64,000 nt of DNA from Vicugna vicugna (lineage: Eukaryota): contig MU058531.1 of assembly GCA_013265495.1 (NCBI GenBank), positions 922,678 to 986,677 of the forward strand. The letters are read 5' to 3'. This document shows, piece by piece, positions 13,804 to 25,214 of the stretch. The position numbers were made by a program, and so were the translations under genes. Under the pieces are notes generated by a model. The model ran no database searches. It worked only from the letters and a program-made list of their open reading frames with translations, and was not told the origin of the DNA. The first letter of the stretch is position 1. Every line of letters starts with the position of its first letter.

Positions 13804-15239
13804 AAGAAATATTTATTATTTTCCTACCATATATGTTCCAAGCATGGTGCTCGGCGCTGGACATACTGATGAAAAAAACAGACACAGTCCATGCCCTTGA
13901 AGAATTACTGAACAATGATGAAGACATACGTTGAAGAAATAATTGAGAACAGGAAGAAGATTCCAGACAGAGAGGGGAAGCATGCGTGAAGGTACTCACA
14001 TGGGGAGAAGTATGGACTGTTTAAAAAATGCAGGATTTGCAAATATTTCTATCCATTAAATTGAGTACTCAGGTCACAATCAAAATGCTGAAAGGAAAAT
14101 TCCCATCACCTCCACATGCAATTCAAAAGTTATTATGTTAGCATAAAATATTTGAAAAGTTGCCTGAATTTTCTACTCGGATTGTTAAGCTCATCATGCC
14201 TGTTATCAATGAATCTGAAAAAACTGCATGAAAATATGATCATCAGAAACATATACACGCATCTCAAGCATAGGAGGACACCATGGTAGATGCTTTAAGA
14301 AGGTACGAAACCGTTTCCAGAAACCTAGGAACTCTGTAAGTGTCTTGTTTAATATTTACAAAATAAAACTCAACATGAAGGCAACAGTCACTGAGGTATC
14401 TCTTCCAAGTACGTTATTTCTCCAGCACCATTTCCCAATACTCAGCCTTACCAGAAGATGACAGCTGATACCCTAGAGCAAGGAGATTAGTCATAACAGT
14501 CATTCTTGCCCAATTGTCATAAAACATACGTAAAATGTTTGCTTCAGTGATTTTTCCCAATTCCTAGTTAGCACACAAGCCACAACTTTGGCACAAACTA
14601 TATTGTAGGTGAAATAGTATAAACGGTTTGATATTTTTCTCATTCTCTCTCAATTTCTATCTTTTCCTTTCCTTTGGCTGTCGTACGCGGAAAGCACAGT
14701 GTCCTGTGTCCAGCCCCTGTAGCCAGAATGAAGCAGAGAGTTCAATGTCAGGCGTTCACATCAGGTGGGATAAAGAGCCAATTCGAATAACTAAAATCCT
14801 AATAAAAAAATCAAACACATGTGAAAGTCTAAATCAATCCAATTAACTATAACAACCCATCATATTATACTACAGGAAAGAAACATGGCGCTCCCTACCA
14901 ACTACTCTACTATGTGGTGACAATCTGGGAAATGTCTGCCTTCTATCTGATGGCAAACTACTTAAAAGTAAGGACTTGCTTTACCCATCCTGGTTCCCTC
15001 GATGTCCATCCACAGTGCTGAATGTAGCAGGAGCCCAATAAACGTTCATTAATCAAGTCAAGGAATGAATGCTCATTCTTAAAAAAAAAAAAAAGGTACA
15101 AAATGAATGAATCCTCACAGTGAAATGCAATTAATTACAGAACTGTCCTAACTACCTGTTAGGACTGTAGCAAATATATAAAGTTTGCCCTTCTGCTCTT
15201 CTACATAGAGTGACATTTATCATATCAGACTTTCATTTA

Positions 15240-16908
15240 GAAATCATTACTGAAGTTTCTTTATTACAGCTACAAATAAACTTTATTCGATGTAATGTAA
15301 TAAAACATTTTCAAATTTAACAACATGTATCTGACCAGAATGCATCATTTAAATTATGAATGTAAGTATATACAGTCATGTGAGCAAATCTGTGGTTCAG
15401 GAATTTGTACAAGCTTTGTCTGGAAGGACGGCATCCACCCTCCCCCCCTTTTTTTCAGAAAGGCAGATCTTTCTCTGTGTATGGTAAGAAGCAATGTCAG
15501 TGAAAGTTGGAAGAAATCCATCATCCATGTTGAAATTCCACATGATCCTATGAGAGAACAGCTGCATATATTGTAGGAAAATAATATTCTTTCAGTTCTC
15601 TTTTATCAAATGAAGGTTTGCATTCATTTTTCCCCCCTTTAGAGGTTCTCTCCTCTGATCTATGTCTTTCTGTCTCCTTAGCTCATACATCTTACATAGA
15701 ACCATTAAAAAAAACACTATCTACAAAGGGACCTTTTCCAGTTCCTTACCTGCCTTTAATGCCTACCACTTCTGAGAGGGATAGGGGAGAACAGAACTGG
15801 CCAGGCACACATTTGATTTAAGACACAGAGAACACAAGAACAAATCCTCTGGGAGGAACAGAATCCTCTGGAATGTTCCCAACATTGGCCCAGGTGACCT
15901 CCAATTCACACAATTCCGTTCAATACAACACTGCTCAGCAAGAATTAACAGGTGGCTATTCCATCCTCAGAGGCATCACAGCCCTTCATGGAAACCCCAT
16001 TATTCCCACACCTCCCCCCAACAAAACTCACAGTTAGGGACCAGCCCATGCACCCAGGTGTCAATGACAATCAAAAGTTCGGTGCCAACAATCATGTTAA
16101 TACATAATGTGGTGAGGTAGCCCTCACTCTCCATTCTGGGAAAACTCCCTCACCTCTCGGGGACCCCTCCAGTCCCCCAAAAGAAGAGTGAGTGCAGGAA
16201 AAAGCTTTATTCAGGTTTTATGATTCTCTCCATCCTGAGATCTGTTCCTGAGATACACCGTAACAAGAAGCGAGTTAACAAGGAAAGTACATTGGTGGGG
16301 GAGTCACAGGGACCCTGCGGAAAAGCCAAACTGACAGAAGCTTTAAACAGACACGGCTCTGGGAGATCACTTGTATTTGCTGATGATGGGGTTCTGTTTT
16401 CTAACGTGGACATGCAATGTGTTCAGCACTAGGCTTACCGCAGTTTGCTTGGGAAAACACCCTTCTGTCCTATGACAAAATACATCTGTCTCATGAATGA
16501 TTCCTGAATATTCACCCCAAGGCCCAGACTCAGAAGCATGGAAAGTCGCATGGGAACTTTCTTCCACTTGCACAGAACTTGGACTTGGACAGAAGCAAAG
16601 CACCAGAAACTGTTTCCTTTCTGGAACTCAGTTCTGTGCGTGTGCTTACTGCTGAGCTCATTGGACCATCGGAAACGGAGAACTATTTTCATGTGCACAC
16701 AGCAGCACTGATCCACAGAAGAAAAGGAGAGGTCACCGTCTCCCTTGTAATAGACTCTGTACAGCTGAAAAACTTTGCTGGTCACATGTTAGCCATCCCA
16801 AAAAAGGCCGGAAGCAGCATTCCGTTCCGCCGTCTCGGCAAATGACTTTGTTCTGTTTCCACCTCTGTCTTGCCCTTGTTTATTTCATCTCTATTATTTC
16901 ACTTTTGA
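15240..16908 (-). other. HTR7: HTR7 3'UTR (about 1.67 kb; 3' end approximate)
   Basis: Repeat-poor sequence after the stop codon, ending in two minus-strand AATAAA hexamers (plus tttatt at 15282-15287 and 15260-15265). Confidence 0.7.
15260..15287 (-). promoter_or_regulatory. Tandem polyadenylation signals of HTR7
   Basis: Minus strand: cgAATAAAgtttatttgtagctgtAATAAAgaaac. Confidence 0.65.
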
Positions 16909-16951
16909 TCATGAATCATGACTTTTTTTTCTACAGTAGTCAGAGTTCTGT
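16909..16951 (-). CDS. HTR7: HTR7 last exon, coding part for isoform (a): (L)QNSDYCRKKSHDS*
   Basis: Minus strand reads (ct)n ag|A CAG AAC TCT GAC TAC TGT AGA AAA AAA AGT CAT GAT TCA TGA. The phase completes the CT left by exon 2 (CTA=Leu). It matches the recalled human 5-HT7(a) tail QNADYCRKKGHDS. Confidence 0.95.
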
Positions 16952-16953
16952 CT

Positions 16954-16975
16954 AGAGAGAGAGAGAGAGAGAGAG
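16954..16975. repeat. (AG)11 microsatellite, forming the (CT)11 polypyrimidine tract of the HTR7 last-exon acceptor
   Basis: Directly visible, abutting the AG acceptor at 16953-16952. Confidence 0.95.
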
Positions 16976-18304
16976 GAGGCAAGAAAATGATTTAGCAGAA
17001 TTGTAGATGTGACTTTTCATTTTGCGGTGGGTGGATTTAATTTTCACAGCATTCAGTAATTTGAATTATTTGTGGTTTCTAAGGGGAAAGAAAAGGTGCT
17101 ACGGCTCTTTTCATCAGTTTCATAACTTTGACAGTTGCCAGGGCCTTAATATATTTGCAAATCAGCCCCAGAGAACCTATTTAGAAATTCACTTTTATAA
17201 TACAGCTGTAGCCCCAAACGGCTCTACCCCCAATAATCCTTGCAATATACTACTGCACTCGCCGTACATGAGAAGAATAATGATGACTACAATGAGAAGT
17301 GTTCTCTCCTTCACACCGAGGAGGGTGCATTACAGGAAGCCACGCCCCCTCACTGCCTTCCTCCCAGATTCACAGAAGTGACATGAGTCGGAAAACTCTT
17401 GGCCAAAGGCTGAGGAAGAGCCTCTTTCTTCTTGGTGCAGAGCCACAGTCCCTCTAGATACACACTCCCCTCGCTGTAGCTTCACAGGACTCACCAAATG
17501 ACATCCGTGTGCTGGAGAGCTAGGTCTATGAGGGTCCTGGCACTGCGCCCCCTGCCTCTGCCTGCCCACCCCATTCAAAGTGCCCCTCCCTCTTGGCTGC
17601 CAAGACGTGACACATGGGTTTTCCTGGTGACAGGACTGGTTTCTCCATCAGACACCATCTCTCGCTTGGTTCCTCACGTCACACAACGGTGCCTGAGGAG
17701 AAGCGCCGTGCTCCTGCTCAGACCCACAACTCCAGGCTGGCGGCAGCTGGGAGCACTGGAAAGAGGCTGTGTCCCCGGTGGTGCTCCATACTTGTCCCCA
17801 GCCTGGGGCCTCTGCCTCTTCTCCCCGAGGAGGAGAGACTGCACTTCCTCTGCCACTCACAATGGTTCAAAAACTTTACTGACCCCCTCCAGGATCAAAG
17901 CACTATCTCTGAAGTCTCCATTTCCTCACCACCTGCCTAGTCAACTTCCAAACATCCAGACATCCTTGGTCTCTTTACCAGTCTCAATGATACCCTCCCA
18001 GTGCGGGCCCTCCAGACAGGAGACCTCACTTTCACACTGGTCTCCTACCCATCTCCCTTCTCCTATTGTGAACCTCAATTTATGCTGCAGTCCTGGTCTC
18101 ACTCCAGGTCAAAAGCCTTCATCTCTCCCCCTACTCACATTGCTCATGTGGCCCGTCCATCTGACCCTAATCTACCCAGCTTCCAGGTCCTGCTGAAGAC
18201 ATGCCCCAGGTTCTTTATTCACCTCTCTCCATGTCTATGTCCCTCTGTCCATACTGTTCCCCCTGCCTTGAGTAGCCCTAAACCCACAGCTACCCCTGCC
18301 ATCC

Positions 18305-18525
18305 CTTTCTTTTTAAATTGAAGTATAGTCAGTTTACAACATTGTGTCAATTTCTGGTGTACAACATAATAGTTCAGTCATACATATACACACATATATT
18401 CGTTGTCATACTTTTTCATTATAGGTTACTAAAAGATAATTGAGTTTAGCTCCCTGTGCTGTACAGTATAAGCTTGCTGTTCTTCTATTTTATATATAGT
18501 AGTTAGTATCTGCAAATCTCAACTC
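18305..18525 (-). mobile_element. Short L1 3' tail (lineage-specific family)
   Basis: attgaagtatagtcagtttacaacattgtgtcaatttctggtgtaca is the reverse complement of the L1 3' end also seen at 33890-33950 and 39150-39220. Confidence 0.85.
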
Positions 18526-19488
18526 CTACTCTTCGTTCAAGACCCATCCCAAATATCACCTCCTTCATGATTTCCACCATGGGTATTTCCTTCCTAAGAC
18601 GTTCCCCCCAAGGCTTATTTTTCTTGTAGACATGTCTGTACTGCTTTTGTGCTATGTGTACTTACTGTCTACTAAGAAAACAAACAAAAATATTAAAAAA
18701 AGGAAGGGAGGTCAATAGCCTGCCTTTCTTACTTGAAAGAGACACTGCAAAGTTAAAGCGTAGGCAACTATAAAGCATGAAGTGAACAAGCTATAATTAG
18801 TACTAATTGATGATTTGATAAAAATGGAGTGCTGAATTCCAGCTAGTCAATGATGAGGAATATACTACTCTGGGGGAAGAAAAGCTATGGAATAGCTAAC
18901 TTTTTGTTTGTCTCTGTCTTTAAGACAGCATCCCACCACAAGATACCCAGGGTTTCAGGGACCCTGTTGCTTCTTCCTAATTTCCACTGAGACCCATTTC
19001 ATCTTATTTTTTTTAATGAAAGATTTCAGTAATGAAAAGGGAAAATCACCCTGAACTCCAAAGTGTCAGTATAAAACCACGGCACAGCGTATTGATGGAA
19101 TTCAAGGCAGGAACTCAAGGTTGCTCTGCTACAATTCACCACTGCCATCGACAGGGATTACGAGAGGCTCATTGAAGAGGAGAAGGGAGAGGGAAAGGCA
19201 GAGCTACTTCAAAACGATTTCATGAAATTCTTTTCTATGGAAGTATTTTAGAAACCACTTTTCAGTATTATTCACAGTAATGGTGTCAAAGAACAGAAGA
19301 CATCCAAACGTGACATTTACAAGCCATTTATGGTGATTCAAAGCAAATCCATAAATAAAATCATCAAATTAAAAAAAAAAAAGCCCTTGCTTCTATCACA
19401 TTATCATATTTGGTCTTCTATTACCACTATTTGAATACTTGTGAAAAGGTGACAAAGACTGTAGTTTAGAGTAGTGAATTAAAATGAC

Positions 19489-19576
19489 CAGTGAAGCACT
19501 CATAGCATTTTCCCTCTGTTCACTCCCTACCCTAGGAGGACTCTTGAGTGCCTGCTGGACTCCTGAGCCTCTTACG
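19489..19576 (-). other. Candidate cassette or pseudo-exon resembling rat Htr7 exon C
   Basis: Acceptor ttttccccccatcttcttgatcag|C is in phase with exon 2 and gives VRGSGVQQALKSPPRVGSEQRENAMSASL. SGVQQAL matches my recollection of the rat 5-HT7(c) tail. The candidate donor CTG|gtcatt is weak. Confidence 0.55.
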
Positions 19577-20978
19577 CTGATCAAGAAGATGGGGGGAAAA
19601 ATGACTAAGTTTCGAAAGTAGCAATACACAATCTAGTAGACTGTTTATACAGGAAAGGAAGAATACTGCGTAGGAGAAAAAAATAGAGCCAAGAAGGTGG
19701 AATTAGGGGCGAAAGTTAAAGAGATTAGAACCCAAGAAGCCAGAGGAAGAGAAAAGGGCTGGAGTCTCTGGACTGGCCCAAGAAGTGTGATTGCTAGAGA
19801 GACAGCAAAGGGGGACAAAGGGTTCTAAGAAGGTTTGCTGTGGGCGATGGATTCGATGCCACATCCTTCTTCCAGAGACTCCACGAGAATTATGATTGCT
19901 TTGGGTGATCCAACTGGTGTTTACTTGAGTGCCACTCTGCAGAGTGTGGACCACGTGGGGTGTTCTGGTTACTAGTCTTTTCCTAGCCACCACCACGTGT
20001 ACCGCCACCCCAGATCACTTGACTATGAATTTCCAGAGGCAAGAATTGTCACTTGTCTTTTCATCCCCTGCCATGCCTGGCACCATGCCTGGTACACAAC
20101 AGGCCCTCAAATGTTTCTGGAGAAAACAAGCCAACGAAGAGAAGCCTTACTTCCAGCCTCTACCTTCTGATTCATTCCACATGATGCCACCAAATCAGTC
20201 TTTGTCACTTTGGTGATTCCATTCTCCTACTTGCAGAGATTCAGGCAATGGCTTACTTCTGTCCAAACTAGGGTTTCTCAACTTGTCTATACTAAAATCC
20301 CAAATTCCTGGGACTGAAATGGAAGATTCTTCATAACATAATCTCATTTGACCTTTCCATTATGATCTCCAAATCTTCCCCATAACCGTGCTTAGCTCCA
20401 AGCAGACCATCCTCTGCATAAAGTCCCACACTGGTGCCCCCATATAAAATGTCTCCTTCATGTGGAATGCCATCTCTAATCTCCTTTAGTTATAAATGCT
20501 TTGACCTTCATAGACATATGCAAGCCCATATCCTTCAGGAAGTCTTCCCTGGTCAGGGTTAGGGTAAGTGCTGAGTTATTTTCCTCTCCTTTGAATCCTA
20601 CAGCTTTTCCTGTCTCCACCTTTCCTTTGTTCTCAACACAAAGAGAATGAATGAGTGTGTGTGTTTATGCATGGTCTGTACACTAGGAATGTGTGCACTA
20701 AGACAGGAGAGACAGCATGAGTTTTCTGTGTCCTCCTCAATGAATGACACAATTATAAACAAAAATTTTAAAAGGAGTCCTCCCACACAGAATGCAAAAG
20801 AAAGCTGCCTGGTATAGAATTTTTTAAAAAGCAGCTATTCCAATTCTCTAATCAGGAATTTCCTAAAGTTAATGAATATTTAGGCCAATCATCCCAAATG
20901 ATTTTAACATTCAATAATTATACATAAAATTGATAATTATAAATTCAGAGAGCGATAGAATAAGTCATTTTCTGAGAA

Positions 20979-21195
20979 CAGGGGACAGTAAACTATGACT
21001 TGTGGGCCAAATCCAGCTGGCTACCTGGTTTTGTAAATAAAGTTTTATTGGTACACCACCATACTCCTTTGGTTACTTGTGTCTAGGGCTACTTTCTCAC
21101 TACAAAGGTAGAAACAAGTGGTTTCAATGGAGGCCTGTGGCTAGCAAAGCCTGAAATATTTACTCTCTGGCCTTTCACAGTGAAAGTCTGCTGTG
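20979..21195 (+). mobile_element. MER58A-like hAT-Charlie element
   Basis: cagggg...aaactatgacttgtgggccaaatccagc...gttttgtaaataaagttttattgg...aaagcctgaaatatttactctctggcctttcacag. Confidence 0.8.
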
Positions 21196-21299
21196 TTAGG
21201 TTAACAGGAAAATAATACCCAAGATTCCACACTAGCTAGAGACACACAGGCAAATATCCCCAGATGTCATGTTAGCTAATTTACTTTTATAAAAGGCTC

Positions 21300-21520
21300 A
21301 GCAGTGTAGAAGCTAAAAGATATATCTGAACACAGATTTCCTGGGTTCAAATCCAGCTCTATATGTATGACTTTGAAAAAATTATTTGGCCTCCCCAACA
21401 GAATGGAGATGAAGGAAGCCAACCTCTGAGAAAGTTTTAAGGATTAAGCGATAGAATTCACACAAGAGTGCTCAGCCTGGTACCTGAGAGTGAATCGTCA
21501 ATAAATGTGGGTGAGTATTA
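21300..21520 (+). mobile_element. MIR SINE (degraded)
   Basis: cctgggttcaaatccagctct...tgactttg...aggattaagcga...caataaatgt. Confidence 0.6.
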
Positions 21521-21699
21521 TTTTAAGCTGGAGTACTTGTTGGTGTGACATTTGAAAAATTAGCATTTTGTGAACGATCTGAATTATGTGTGAATTATTA
21601 GCTAAAAAAAAATAAAATTATTTGCAAGTTCTTGGAGGCTATAGGAGGCAAACACAGTCATATTTTCAAGTTCAGGACCTCAATGGTTCTTTCCTAGTC

Positions 21700-22255
21700 T
21701 CTACACTGGCTGCTTAACTGGACCCCCTGCCACGTCTTCCTATTTTACCTGCCCTTCTCACTGCTGTCAGAGAGCCTTTCTTCAAACATCTCTCTCAGCA
21801 TGTTACCCCTGGGAACTGAAGCCAACATGCTTTCCTGTTCCTGTGCTAACCAGCCAACTCTGGGGCCTGGCAAAATAATCAGTATTGTGCCAGGAAATAG
21901 TTGCTTCCAAAAAATAAGACTGCACACCAACTCAACTAGCTTACTCACCGAGTAAGCAAACTCATAGTTTGCTCATTAATACTGGCTTCAAGGCCCTCAC
22001 TTAGCTGTAGCCACCAATCCAAAGCTATCATGTCATAAACTCTGCCCAGTTCTCACCTCTTCGCTACCTTCACGTGACACAGCCCAAGCCCTAAAACTCT
22101 ACCAACGTCCTTTCCTTATTTTCTCCATCTGAGAAACTACCGAGACTCTGTCTGTCAAGGAGGTGTCCTCCTAAGCTGCAGTGAGTCTAATAAACTTAAC
22201 TTACTTCTACTAACAGGCTTTTCTAACTGTCTTCCTAGAGAGCCGATGGCTAAAA
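21700..22255 (+). mobile_element. Probable old LTR (family uncertain)
   Basis: LTR-like order: ccaccaatcc, then cataaa/ctaaaa, ctgagaaactaccgagactctg, and gtgagtctaataaacttaac (polyA signal) followed by a U5-like tail. Confidence 0.4.
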
Positions 22256-24235
22256 TCTCCAGCTCAAAAACATTTGATAGCTCTTCACTGCCACAGGCTG
22301 AAGTCACTTGACAAGCAGTGCTGAGTAACAGTTAAGAGCACATGCACTGGGTGATTCACACCATATCCACCACTTAGGGGCAATGTGATCTTAGGTGAGT
22401 TACTTTATGTCTCTGAGCCTCAGCTATTCTTTTGAAAATCGGGGATGCCAGAACCCCTATTTCACAGGTAGAATGATGTAGGTGTTCAGTAACTGTTAGA
22501 AATCATTGCTTTTACGTATTGTCTATTTTGTGTTGAGCACTGTACTAGATTCTGCAAACAGGATTTTGACTAAGACCTAACCCCATCTCTGAAGGAATTT
22601 AGAATGTGGTCCTGGTAGACAAACACTAGTGGTCAATTGAATAAGAATCTTATAGGCCTGGAAAGATCCCTGGGGATATAGGTTGCTCACAGTACATATT
22701 CTGAAACCTAAGATTGTATTCTTTAAAAAAAAAACCTTTTTAACTTTTTGCTGTGAACAATATCATATGTACAAAAGAGTGTGTATGATAGAAGTGAAAA
22801 TAAACACCCATGAAGCTTTTCACAGCTCAAGAATTCTCATACCTGTAGTCTTACAACTAGTTCTTAGGACAAGAACTGATGACCTCTGGCTTCCCTCATC
22901 CATATGAGGAAGCTGTTTCTGCCTCCTTCATCCTGGTGACAAGTCAGAGAACAGGCTGAGATCCTTGAGGTTTTCAGAGTTATCTGGAGTGCACCCTAGT
23001 CTGGAGCCTCTGGGGTCTACTGCAGTGTAAGTGCGTCTGGACACTTTGGGACCTTCCTTGGCAGGGCTGTTCCCTGAGACAGCTGAGAGCACAGAGGTAG
23101 CCGTATCCAGCCTGATGACACATAAAGGCAGTCCAGTGTATGGAGAGTATACAGAGGTACGGCTCATAGGACACAGGATCTAGACCAGCGTTACCGCCAG
23201 CTCGCTGTGGACAGACAGCTCACTCTCCAGGTCCCAGTTACCTCTTCTGTCAAATGAAAGGACTGGACAAGATGACTGGGGCGGTCCCTCTCAGCTACAG
23301 GGGTCTGTGGTTCTCTGGCCTGTCCCGGAGAACCAGGGTCTGTGAAGAGGAACACCACCTCTTCTCTCACGTCCACACTGATCTGCACCCTCTCAACAGC
23401 ACCTTCCATTTCCTCCATCCAGTCTCTTTCCTTTCAGCTTTCAAACATGAAGACGTCTCCTCCCTCTCCAGTTTAAAACAAAATCTTCATGTGACCTGCT
23501 GACTCTGCTATATTAGCTCCTTCCTTCTTTACATAATGCCACTTTCATTCTGTTTCATGTGAAACTCCCATCTCCCTATCACTGTTGGCCCTTGGCTATC
23601 CTTTTCCAGACCCAGCACCCTTTTGTAATTGCTTCTCGAAAAGTCACTAATGACTTTGACTTCCTAGACAAAGTCAACAACTCCGTACCAATTCCCAACT
23701 CCTAAAGATGATGGGGAGCACTTTCTGAAAGCTCAGTAGCTTTCAGGACGTTGCGCCATCCTGGCATCTCCCCAGACTGACCACTCCCCATTGTCTCAGA
23801 CAGCTTCCTTGGCCCATGTGAATTTGCCTCCTTCCTCAAAGAGTTTATCAGTAAAGGATGAGGTCATCAAAAGGATTTTACTGGATGTAAGAGTAACAGC
23901 AATTAAAATGATAATGTTACAAGAATTGGAGATATAAGGACCTAATTTGGATGGTATTTATGGAGAAAGGATGAAAAACATCACCCTCCTTGTCATCGAT
24001 GCCATTAGCTGCAATTCATCAGCAAATCGGTCTTCTTCCAGTCCAACTGAATACCCATCTTTGGCTTTCAGAATTCGATTGGGTGGAAGTCTGGAGCCTA
24101 CGGGATTCTGAATCTGATGTGTTTAGTAGGAAATAAGCTAGCTGCTGACTCAGGAAGCTTTCTGAGACCTGCTTCAAAAGGAAGTTCCATAGAAGGGTTG
24201 GGGGAATAAGAGGAAATAGTGATAAATGACCTTAC

Positions 24236-24997
24236 AGCACAAGCTCAGGCCTCTCGGGCCTCTCAGCAAGCTTCAGGGCCTCGTGCATGCCTGCAGCCGA
24301 GAGCTTCCGGTTGATATTCCGGTACTGGCACTGGAGCAGGCTGCGGTAGGTGGTCCTCAGGTCCCGGTTGAAGAAGGCATAGATAAAGGGGTTAATGAGA
24401 GAGTTTGCATAGCCCAGCCACAGAAATGTCCTCTCCACCCACAGCGGGATGCAGCTGCAGGCTGTGCCACAGATGAAGGGTCTGGCTGTCGAGAGGAGGA
24501 AAAATGGCAGCCAGCACACAGTGAAGGCTCCGACGATGATCCCCAAGGTGGTGGCTGCCTTCTGTTCCCGCTTAAAGATGGAGATGTTTTTCCGTTCGTG
24601 CTTGAGGAGTCTCGAAAGGTTTGCACATTCCTCCACCTCCTTCTGGAGCTTTACCATGCCGTTCAGGGCGATGACGCTGTCCGGCTCCTCCAGACGAGGA
24701 GGGAAGCCGGGGAACTTGTGCTTGGCAGCACTCTTTCTGGCTGCCTTGTAAATCTGGTAGTACATGAAAAGCATGACAGACATGGGGATGTAAAATGCCA
24801 CAGCGGTGGAGTAAATTGTGTAGCCAAAATCCTGGCTGATCAAGCACACCTTGCCATCGTTGATGTTCTGAGCCCAGCCGAAGAGTGGCGGTAAAGTGAT
24901 AGAGGCGGAGAGGAGCCAAACGGAGAGGATCATCTTGGCCATGCATTTCCCGTTCTGTCTCACAGGGTACGTCAGCGGCCTCGTGATCCCCAGGTAC
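24236..24997 (-). CDS. HTR7: 5-hydroxytryptamine receptor 7, coding exon 2 (762 nt; end of TM3 to proximal C-tail)
   Basis: Translation (R)YLGITRPLTYPVRQNGKCMAKMILSVWLLSASITLPPLFGW...CWLPFF...NSLINPFIYAFFNRDLRTTYRSLLQCQYRNINRKLSAAGMHEALKLAERPERPELVL matches 5-HT7. It has the class A GPCR motifs RY (of DRY, split by intron 1), CWxP and NPxxY. Acceptor tccacttctccag|G at 24997; donor CT|gtaag at 24236. Confidence 0.98.
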
Positions 24998-25079
24998 CTG
25001 GAGAAGTGGATGGAGAACACATGATTACCCAGATCACAACGCATCAATGGGGAAGGACCACAAGCCGGGTGCCAGGCTT

Positions 25080-25214
25080 TACACCTAGTAGCTCCCTCAC
25101 AACAGTCCTTCTAAGGAATGGGATCATTATTTCCATTTTGCAGAAAGGTACATACTCTAAGGCTCTGAGAGGTCACATTTTTTTTTTCCAGGTCACACAG
25201 TCAGCCAAAGGCAC
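25080..25214 (-). mobile_element. MIR fragment interrupted by an LTR
   Basis: cctcacaacagtcctt...attatttccattttgcaga...aggctctgagagg...ccaggtcacacag. Confidence 0.65.

Noticed and set aside
17498..18196. 232-aa plus-strand ORF in intron 2
   Set aside because: Low-complexity Pro/Ser/Leu-rich translation over pyrimidine-rich, partly L2-like sequence; no recognisable domain.
18890..18990. Faint resemblance to human HTR7 exon D (minus gtatcttgtggtgggatgctg...ttagct)
   Set aside because: The similarity is short and based on memory, and no convincing donor is present. It needs an alignment to human intron 2.
24226..24894. 222-aa plus-strand ORF and other overlapping ORFs
   Set aside because: Antisense or alternate-frame shadows of the GC-rich HTR7 exon.
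24998..25047. N-terminal extension MMRCDLGNHVFSIHFS of ORF 24232-25047
   Set aside because: It is intron read-through upstream of the acceptor at 24997. The true N-terminus and TM1-3 are in exon 1, outside the window.
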